A stretch of 64,000 nucleotides of DNA from Candidatus Methanomethylophilaceae archaeon (GTDB taxonomy: Archaea > Thermoplasmatota > Thermoplasmata > Methanomassiliicoccales > Methanomethylophilaceae): NCBI GenBank assembly GCA_050950505.1, contig JBMNHS010000001.1:64001-128000 (forward strand), given 5' to 3'. The position numbers and the translations under genes are program-made. A model generated the notes under the pieces. The model did no database searches and was not told the DNA's origin. It saw only the letters and a list, made by a program, of their open reading frames with translations. Positions 57,351 to 64,000 of the stretch are shown in pieces. Within the stretch, counting starts at the first letter, position 1. Each line of letters begins with the position of its first letter.

Positions 57351-58349
57351 ATGCGCGTGTTCATAGCCGGATTCGGAACCGTCGGACAGGGTGTCGCCGA
57401 AGTCATAGCTTCCAGGGAAGAGTTCTTCCTCAAACGATACTGCAAAAAAATACAGATTGTCGGTGTGATGGATTCCATCACCTACGTAACGGATTCCGAA
57501 GGATTGGACCCCCTCGGACTGGTATCCGTGAAAAAGGAAACCGGCAAAGTCGGCAAAGAGACCTACACCGATGCTTTGAAAGTCCTCGATTCCGTGGAAT
57601 ACGACACGTTGATAGAAGTCAGTCCCACGGATTACGACACCGGCGGACAGGGTCTGAAGAACATCGTTCATGCCCTTGAATGCAAAAAAGACGTGGTGAC
57701 GACGAACAAAGGACCTCTCGCCATAAAATTCGGCGAACTCATATCGCTTGCGAAGAAGAACAAATGCAAGCTGAAGTTCGAAGGCACGGTTGCGGGAGCC
57801 ATGCCCATAATCAACCTTTGCCACGACAACCTCATCGGAGAGAACATCCACTCGATCAGAGGGATTCTCAACGGTACCTGCAACTACATACTCAGCAAGA
57901 TGGACAGCGGACAGCCTTTCGACCAGGCGTTGAAGGAAGCGCAGCAATTGGGATATGCTGAAACGGACCCCTCAGGGGACGTGGAAGGATATGACAGTGC
58001 CTGCAAAGTCGTCATTCTGGCAAACTCCCTGTTTGACAGAAACGTAACATTGTCCGATGTTTCCATCACAGGCATTACCGGAATCACAGAAGAAGCCATA
58101 TCTCTGGCCAAATCCAGAGACATGGTCATCCGCCTCATAGGAGAGGTCGGCGAAGACGTGTTGGAGGTTGCCCCGCGGCTTGTTCCGAAGGGTCATCCTC
58201 TTTCAGTCTCCGGCACATTGAACGCCGCACAGATCCAGAGCGATCTTGCCGGTCCGATAGCCATATCGGGACGGGGTGCGGGAAAAACAGAGACCGCTTC
58301 GGCGGTACTCAGCGATCTGATATCAGTGATGGACGACCGAAAGGAGTAA
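57351..58349 (+). CDS. hom: Homoserine dehydrogenase
   Basis: GFGTVG, VTTNKGP, FEGTVAGAMP, GILNGT.NYIL, GYAE.DP..DV.G.D, GRGAG..ETA. Confidence 0.95.
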   Translation: MRVFIAGFGTVGQGVAEVIASREEFFLKRYCKKIQIVGVMDSITYVTDSEGLDPLGLVSVKKETGKVGKETYTDALKVLDSVEYDTLIEVSPTDYDTGGQGLKNIVHALECKKDVVTTNKGPLAIKFGELISLAKKNKCKLKFEGTVAGAMPIINLCHDNLIGENIHSIRGILNGTCNYILSKMDSGQPFDQALKEAQQLGYAETDPSGDVEGYDSACKVVILANSLFDRNVTLSDVSITGITGITEEAISLAKSRDMVIRLIGEVGEDVLEVAPRLVPKGHPLSVSGTLNAAQIQSDLAGPIAISGRGAGKTETASAVLSDLISVMDDRKE

Positions 58350-58352
58350 GCA

Positions 58353-59921
58353 ATGACAGTGATAATCTACGATACCACCCTGCGTGACGGCGCACAGGGG
58401 GAGGGAATATCCTTCTCTCTGCAGGATCGTATAGAAGTTCTCAGAGAACTTGATGAATTCGGAATAGATTTCGTAGAATGCGGATGGCCGGGTTCCAATC
58501 CCATGACCGACGAGTTGTTTGCCGCCGCAAAAGAAATGAATCTGAAGAACACGAAGATAACAGCCTTCGGCAGCACGAGAAGAAGAGACATCGAAGCGAA
58601 AGACGATGCCAATCTCAACGCCTTAATCGCTTCCGGTGCGAAATGGGCATGTATTTTCGGAAAAACCTGGGATTTCCAGGTGGAACAGGTTCTCAACACC
58701 ACCAAAGAAGAAAATCTCGCCATGATCAGAGACAGCGTTTCCTACCTCACAGAGAACGGAATGCAGGTGATGTTCGACGCGGAACATTTCTTTGACGGGT
58801 ATGCTTCGGATTCCGAATACGCATTGGCGGCCTTGGAGGCGGCGGCGGAGGCCGGCGCCGAATGGTTGGTTCTCTGCGAAACCAACGGAGGGGCAATGCC
58901 TTACGAAATCGAAGAGGCCGTTTCCGTCGTGAAAGAAAAATTCAAGGACGTGGCCATAGGAATCCACTGTCACAACGATACCGAAATGGCGGTTGCCAAT
59001 TCCATCTCCGCCGTGAAGGCGGGAGCAACCATGGTTCAGGGTTGCATAAACGGAATAGGGGAAAGAACCGGGAACGCGAATCTGTGTTCCATAATCCCCA
59101 ACGTCATGTTGAAAATGGGCAGAGAAACCAACGTGAAAGATCTTTCGAAACTTACCGGACTTTCGAAATTCGTCGGAGAAGTCGCGAACGTTGCGCCTCC
59201 GTCTTCGTTGCCGTATGTAGGAGAAAACGCGTTCGCCCACAAGGGTGGCACTCACGTTTCCGCTCTAATGAAAGATACCCGCACTTACGAGCACATAGAC
59301 CCGTCGGTAGTGGGAAACAGAAGGAAGGTATTGATTTCCGATTTGTCCGGAAGAGCCAGCATCCTGGAAAAACTCAGCGAACTGGGAATAACCGCGGATA
59401 AGAGCGACAGCGGACTGATAACGGAAACCGTCAAAGAACTGGAATCCAAGGGATATCAGTTCGAAGGCGCCGATGCGAGTTTCGAACTGTTGGTTATGAG
59501 AATGAGAGGGGAATTCGAACCTTACTTCAACATAACGGGATTCAGGCTGTTCATCGACGAAGAGGATGACAAATTCACTTCGGAAGCCAGTATAAAAATC
59601 AAGAACAGAGACGGGGAGATAGAGCATACCGCATCCGACGGGGACGGACCCGTCAACGCATTGGACAATGCGCTGAGAAAGGCTCTGTCCAAGTTCTTCC
59701 CGATCATAGACAATATACGCCTTTCCGATTACAAAGTCAGGGTGCTTGACGAAAAATCCGCAACCGCGGCAACGGTGCGGGTCCTGATAAGATCCACCGA
59801 CGGGTCCGACAGTTGGACCACCGTCGGAGTGTCCCAGAACGTCATCGAAGCTTCGCTCATAGCTTTGGTGGACTCCCTGGAATACGCCATAATGATTAAC
59901 GAGAGGAAGGCAGTGAAATGA
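58353..59921 (+). CDS. cimA: Citramalate synthase (DRE-TIM, bacterial CimA-type)
   Basis: YDTTLRDGAQGEG, GWPGSNP, FGK.WDF, FDAEHFFDG, HCHND, AFAHKGG.H, LeuA-type regulatory domain. Confidence 0.85.
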   Translation: MTVIIYDTTLRDGAQGEGISFSLQDRIEVLRELDEFGIDFVECGWPGSNPMTDELFAAAKEMNLKNTKITAFGSTRRRDIEAKDDANLNALIASGAKWACIFGKTWDFQVEQVLNTTKEENLAMIRDSVSYLTENGMQVMFDAEHFFDGYASDSEYALAALEAAAEAGAEWLVLCETNGGAMPYEIEEAVSVVKEKFKDVAIGIHCHNDTEMAVANSISAVKAGATMVQGCINGIGERTGNANLCSIIPNVMLKMGRETNVKDLSKLTGLSKFVGEVANVAPPSSLPYVGENAFAHKGGTHVSALMKDTRTYEHIDPSVVGNRRKVLISDLSGRASILEKLSELGITADKSDSGLITETVKELESKGYQFEGADASFELLVMRMRGEFEPYFNITGFRLFIDEEDDKFTSEASIKIKNRDGEIEHTASDGDGPVNALDNALRKALSKFFPIIDNIRLSDYKVRVLDEKSATAATVRVLIRSTDGSDSWTTVGVSQNVIEASLIALVDSLEYAIMINERKAVK

Positions 59922-60190
59922 ACAAGACCATAGTAACCCTGGTCGGCAAAGACAATGTGGGAATAATCGCCGCCGTGTGCAATTATTTCGCGGACAACAA
60001 TATCAATATTCTTGATATCAAACAGACCACCGTTGACGTTTACATCAACATGATGATGATTGTCGACACGGACAAGTATGAAAAATCCTTCGTGGAACTT
60101 TCCGAAGATCTCAAGAAAGTCGGAGAAAGCGTGGGGTGCATCATACAGGCACAGCATGAAGACATTTTCAACATGATGCACAGGATCTGA
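59918..60190 (+). CDS. ACT-domain protein (UPF0237)
   Basis: IVT.VGKD.VGIIA, NILDI.QT, QHEDIF..MHRI. Confidence 0.9.
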   Translation: MNKTIVTLVGKDNVGIIAAVCNYFADNNINILDIKQTTVDVYINMMMIVDTDKYEKSFVELSEDLKKVGESVGCIIQAQHEDIFNMMHRI

Positions 60191-60194
60191 TTCC

Positions 60195-61559
60195 ATGGTT
60201 GACTTCGAAGAGGTCTTTGAAACCAATGCTATGATCAAGGAAGAGAGTCTGGACGTCAGAACCATAACCATGGGTATCAACCTGTTGAGTTGCTGCGATT
60301 CCGACCCGAACAGACTCTGCGAAAACATTTACAATAAAATCGTCGAGAAAGCAAAAAATCTTGTTTCGGTCGGCGACGCGATAGGTCTGAAATACGGCAT
60401 ACCGATAACCAACAAACGCGTCTCCGTGACACCGATATCCCTGGTGGGGGCATGCGCCTGCAAAACACCGGAAGATTTCGTCAAAATAGCCAAAGCGTTG
60501 GACAAAGCGGCGGAAGATGTGGGGATAAACTTCATCGGAGGGTATTCCGCGCTGGTGGAAAAGGGAATGTCCGAAGCCGATAAGCTGCTTATCGAATCCA
60601 TACCCGAAGCACTGTCGACCACCGAAAGAGTCTGCAGTTCCGTATCCGTGGCTTCCACAAGAACCGGAATCAATATGGATGCCGTCCGAAAAATGGGCGA
60701 TATCATCCGTGAAACCGCCGAACTTACTAAAGACGAAGATTCCATCGGATGCGCTAAACTCGTGGTATTCTGCAATCCTCCCGATGACAATCCGTTCATG
60801 GCGGGAGCCTTCCACGGAGTCACCGAGCCGGAAACCGTCATCAACGTCGGAGTTTCCGGACCCGGAGTTGTGAAAACTTCCGTGGCTCAGGTCAAAAACG
60901 AAAACTTTGAGGTTCTGTGCGAAACCATAAAGAGAACCGCTTTCAAGGTTACGAGAATGGGTCAGTTGGTCGCGAAAGAAGCGTCTGCCGAACTCGGTGT
61001 GCCTTTCGGCATCGTGGATCTGTCCCTGGCACCCACCCCTGCGATAGGGGATTCCATTGCGGATATCCTCGAAGCGATGGGCATTGAAAGAACCGGCGCA
61101 CCGGGTACCACCGCGGCGTTAGCCATACTCAACGACCAGGTAAAGAAAGGGGGCGTGATGGCCTCTTCCTACGTCGGAGGGCTGAGCGGTGCGTTCATAC
61201 CCGTATCCGAAGACAGTTCCATGGTGCGGGCAGTGGAATGCGGCGCGTTGACAATAGAAAAATTGGAAGCGATGACCTGTGTGTGCTCCGTGGGATTGGA
61301 TATGGTAACGATTCCGGGAGATACGCCGGCAACGACCATTTCGGGAATCATAGCCGATGAAATGGCCATAGGAATGGTTAATAACAAGACGACTGCGTGC
61401 AGACTGATTCCGGTCATAGGAAAAGGACCGGGGGAGTATGCCGAGTTCGGCGGACTGCTGGGGTCCGCGCCGGTGATGAACGTGAGCAAATTCGGTTGCG
61501 AAGGATTCGTCGACAGAGGCGGAAGAATACCGGCCCCGATTCACAGTTTCAAGAACTGA
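60195..61559 (+). CDS. PFL-like family protein (DUF711/UPF0210)
   Basis: [64 protein letters not shown]. Confidence 0.92.
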   Translation: MVDFEEVFETNAMIKEESLDVRTITMGINLLSCCDSDPNRLCENIYNKIVEKAKNLVSVGDAIGLKYGIPITNKRVSVTPISLVGACACKTPEDFVKIAKALDKAAEDVGINFIGGYSALVEKGMSEADKLLIESIPEALSTTERVCSSVSVASTRTGINMDAVRKMGDIIRETAELTKDEDSIGCAKLVVFCNPPDDNPFMAGAFHGVTEPETVINVGVSGPGVVKTSVAQVKNENFEVLCETIKRTAFKVTRMGQLVAKEASAELGVPFGIVDLSLAPTPAIGDSIADILEAMGIERTGAPGTTAALAILNDQVKKGGVMASSYVGGLSGAFIPVSEDSSMVRAVECGALTIEKLEAMTCVCSVGLDMVTIPGDTPATTISGIIADEMAIGMVNNKTTACRLIPVIGKGPGEYAEFGGLLGSAPVMNVSKFGCEGFVDRGGRIPAPIHSFKN

Positions 61560-61590
61560 TCCGTGTTTTCATCGGATATGACATGTTTTG

Positions 61591-61612
61591 ACCGACAGCG
61601 AAAGCTGTCGGT
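61591..61612. terminator. GNRA-capped hairpin after the hom-cimA-DUF711 operon
   Basis: ACCGACAGC-gaaa-GCTGTCGGT. Confidence 0.5.
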
Positions 61613-61840
61613 AAGTGAACCCGACTGTCCGAGACGGTATCGTATTCTTCGATGATGTTCGTTTTACCTTTTCCCGCAGCCGGTTGTCCGTCGGGAAACG
61701 GTGCAGGGTACGGTTAGTAAATAATCCGAATGCACAATTCAGAAAATCTGATTTTGGAAAACCTGTCATCGAGGGAAATCGGAATTGGAATCAATCTCGG
61801 TCAGAAGGATGAAAATTTAACAAAGAAGGAAAAGCGTTAA

Positions 61841-61863
61841 TCCCTCTTCGGTTTGAAGAGGGA
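61841..61863. terminator. Hairpin downstream of tRNA-Trp
   Basis: TCCCTCTTC-ggttt-GAAGAGGGA followed by T-rich sequence on the minus strand. Confidence 0.45.
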
Positions 61864-61882
61864 GGCATCTAAATACGCAAGG

Positions 61883-62053
61883 TGGGAGCAGAGGGATTTG
61901 AACCCCCATCAGCGGGTTTCCACCACGGGGGGAGCGACCCCCCATGAAATTATTGAGTCATCGCTCCAGTTATTCATCATAACTCAGCCAAACTCAATTC
62001 AATCACACTCGATAACTGGAGCCCGCCAGTCTGCCAGGTTAGCCTATACTCCC
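61883..62053 (-). tRNA. tRNA-Trp (CCA) with 98-nt intron (61918-62015)
   Basis: Acceptor GGGAGTA/TGCTCCC, anticodon arm GCGGG-CTCCAG[intron]A-CCCGC, T arm GGGGG-TTCAAAT-CCCTC. Confidence 0.93.
61918..62015 (-). ncRNA. Intron-encoded box C/D guide RNA
   Basis: Box C GUGAUUG, D' CUGA, C' AUGAUGA, D AUGA; D guide AUAACUGGAGC is complementary to pre-tRNA GCUCCAGUUAU, with the D+5 position on C34. Confidence 0.85.
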
Positions 62054-62073
62054 GTTGGATGATTGTGAAGTCA

Positions 62074-62181
62074 TCACTGTTTGCGCATTTTAGCTGCTCT
62101 CTTTCTCCTTCTCATCTTCTTTTTGCGCCATTTCCAGCGTTGATTGCCGGCTTTTTTCCAGGCGCGTGAACTTCTTTTCAT
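62074..62181 (-). CDS. rpl41e: Ribosomal protein L41e (eL41/eS32)-like (absent from ORF track)
   Basis: 35 aa, MKRSSRAWKKAGNQRWKWRKKKMRRRKRAAKMRKQ; SD GAGGAG. Confidence 0.85.
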   Translation of the reverse strand: MKRSSRAWKKAGNQRWKWRKKKMRRRKRAAKMRKQ

Positions 62182-62221
62182 GATCTTCTCCTCTGTTGAA
62201 TATCTGCCTGTGAGCAGTGCA

Positions 62222-62325
62222 TGGCGGGCCCGTCGGGAATTTCGGTTTCTTTATTGTTGAAACTTTCGAACCCGAGGCGTCTGGCTTAGAAGGCCAGCGC
62301 TATATCCTGGCTAAGCCACAGGCCC
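62222..62325 (-). tRNA. tRNA-Arg (TCT) with 26-nt non-canonical intron in the T-loop (62239-62264)
   Basis: Anticodon arm CTGGC-CTTCTAA-GCCAG; T arm TCGGG-TTCGAA[intron]T-CCCGA; strict BHB; encoded CCA. Confidence 0.9.
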
Positions 62326-62360
62326 GCGAAGATGACAAACGCCTTTACTCATTTAAAGGT

Positions 62361-62975
62361 TTACATAAAGGATATTATGTTCTCAGTGTTGACGGAATAC
62401 TTGAGGTACAGATCGTAAAGTGAACCGTATCCCATGGCTATGCTGACGCCTTCGGCAATGCACAACAGACCCAGAATGAAAAGCAACGGCCACCAATTCA
62501 GAATTTTGCCGAAAACCTTTATCAGTTCTTCTCCGAAATTGGTGATCATATACACTATCGCACCGACGATTACCGCCACGATTATCCTGGGCCATCCGTA
62601 TGCCAGAAATGAAACATCGATTTTCCACAGAACCGAGCCGTCCAGCGAACCCAATAATATGTAACTCAGAATCATTACGAACAATGCCAGCAGAGCGGCG
62701 AAGTGTACGTCCTGAAACGGTCTGATGATTAGCGCAAACCCTCCGACCAGAACAATGACTGCCGTGGCCAGGTTCAATGCGCTCCATCCGGCAGCGGCGG
62801 CGTATATCATAGCCACACCGACCGCAAAACCCAGGAACATCGCGAATTTGTATTTCGTGGAGTTTTTGTCTTTCAGATAAAAGAAAACAACGAATACGGC
62901 AATCACTCCGCCTACTATCAGTATCAATTCCGTGAGGTGATTGGTAAGCCATTCCAGAATTGCGTCGGCGTCCAT
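62361..62975 (-). CDS. Hypothetical multi-pass membrane protein
   Basis: 204 aa with about six hydrophobic segments. Confidence 0.75.
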   Translation of the reverse strand: MDADAILEWLTNHLTELILIVGGVIAVFVVFFYLKDKNSTKYKFAMFLGFAVGVAMIYAAAAGWSALNLATAVIVLVGGFALIIRPFQDVHFAALLALFVMILSYILLGSLDGSVLWKIDVSFLAYGWPRIIVAVIVGAIVYMITNFGEELIKVFGKILNWWPLLFILGLLCIAEGVSIAMGYGSLYDLYLKYSVNTENIISFM

Positions 62976-63404
62976 ACTGAGATATTGACCAATTTGATTA
63001 TAAGCTTTGAGAACGGAATGATTCGATATGCATGAGATTCGCCATCAGTAAAACCAAAAAATCATTTTTTATCACAGATCCGATTATAACGCCGAAAAGG
63101 ATCTTGTTGTTTTCAATCGGATTTTCGACGCAGATTGATGTTGTTTCCCTGTGTTCCGACAATGAATTGAAAATTTACTGCGATTTACAGTGAATATTCA
63201 GTAAATAATAATTTATCGCGATTGGAAGAAATGGTTTCGTTCACCTTCCGTGTAAAAAATACCTTTTTTCAACAGCCCTCTGCGGAAACCTGTAATGACG
63301 TCATACGGTACGACGGTGGCTTGACGGTGCAAGACATTGTGTTTTGAACCGGATATTCGGGCGTTGGTAGGTAATTATACTTCGGGTTCCGATAACTTAT
63401 TGAT

Positions 63405-63722
63405 ATGGATATTCAGAATGTGGATTTCGTGATGAGTGCCGTATTCTTGATTGCTTCGGCATTGCTTGCTTTGATAGGAACTCAGTTTCAGAGAGGCAAA
63501 TGGCTTGAGTGCATCACCCTCATCGATGCGAAAAAATACGACCGTGAAGGATTATCTAAAATTTCATCGGCCATGATGTATGCGATTGCCGTTGCTTTTT
63601 CATTGTGTATTGTGGGTTTTTTGTTGAACAAAGCCGTAATTTTTTTCATTCTTTGCATGACAATCTGTATCGTTACGGTCATCGCCGGATACCATTACAT
63701 GTTCAATCTGAAAAAGACATGA
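63405..63722 (+). CDS. Small membrane protein (DUF3784-like)
   Basis: Three TM segments, GK...I......KYD...L.K pattern. Confidence 0.55.
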   Translation: MDIQNVDFVMSAVFLIASALLALIGTQFQRGKWLECITLIDAKKYDREGLSKISSAMMYAIAVAFSLCIVGFLLNKAVIFFILCMTICIVTVIAGYHYMFNLKKT

Positions 63723-63866
63723 CGCATGTAACGGCCCTTTCGGATTCTTCATTGGTTTCCCGTTTGTGTCTCCGATGACCTCTCTGTTTCAATCTGCCGT
63801 ATCGGACCGGCAGATATTTTACGAACAGAGAGTTGCGGATTGTTTCTCCGATAAACGTTCACGGTG

Positions 63867-64000
63867 TCAGAACACATGGATGAAATGGGTCGGCACAAGC
63901 TCGTCGACGGCATCCCAATTCTCCTCGCCCACGGTTGCCCAGATCTTATCCCAACCCCGTCTGTTGAGATTGTGAACGGCTTCTTTGGTCACATCCCACT
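63867..64000 (-). CDS. 3' end of a CDS running in from beyond the window (product unknown)
   Basis: Open frame ...WDVTKEAVHNLNRRGWDKIWATVGEENWDAVDELVPTHFIHVF ending TGA at 63867. Confidence 0.45.
   Translation of the reverse strand, partial: WDVTKEAVHNLNRRGWDKIWATVGEENWDAVDELVPTHFIHVF

Noticed and set aside
61853-62423. ORFs 61853..62062 and 62217..62423
   Set aside because: Antisense to tRNA-Trp and tRNA-Arg
329-63975. Many 60-450 aa ORFs antisense to, or out of frame within, recognised genes (e.g. 25058..26425, 27836..28882, 31573..32556, 39444..40346)
   Set aside because: Shadow ORFs overlapping well-supported genes, with no motifs; partly expected from codon bias

Overview
Archaeal chromosomal window, most likely from a Methanomassiliicoccales methanogen (Thermoplasmatota). 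This is an inference from the stand-alone 5S rRNA, class I LysRS, topoisomerase VI, ArcS, RpoL, BHB-type tRNA introns, and the absence of TAG among the stop codons I checked, as expected for a pyrrolysine-using lineage. The backbone is housekeeping: rpoL, truD, arcS, pyrBI, porGDAB, ppsA, panD, rnhA, hisS, drg, top6BA, lysS, secG, nadE, hom, cimA, rpl41e, six tRNAs and a 5S rRNA. Four FecCD/BtuCD-type ABC importer modules are interspersed. Highlights: (1) a four-gene uptake locus (47.6-53.4 kb) whose permease is fused to an extracellular PQQ/BamB-like beta-propeller, with a DUF4430/transcobalamin-like domain apparently present in three of its proteins; (2) a TTGGA-N7-TCCAA palindrome shared by this locus and a duplicated, methyltransferase-linked ABC locus about 38 kb away; (3) a candidate ~100-nt sRNA with two hairpins exposing CAUCCC motifs; (4) a tRNA-Arg(TCT) with a perfect BHB intron in the T-loop, clustered with rpl41e and a tRNA-Trp carrying a C/D-box intron whose D' guide looks diverged. 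No CRISPR array or intact mobile element was seen. All family calls come from motif recognition, not database searches.
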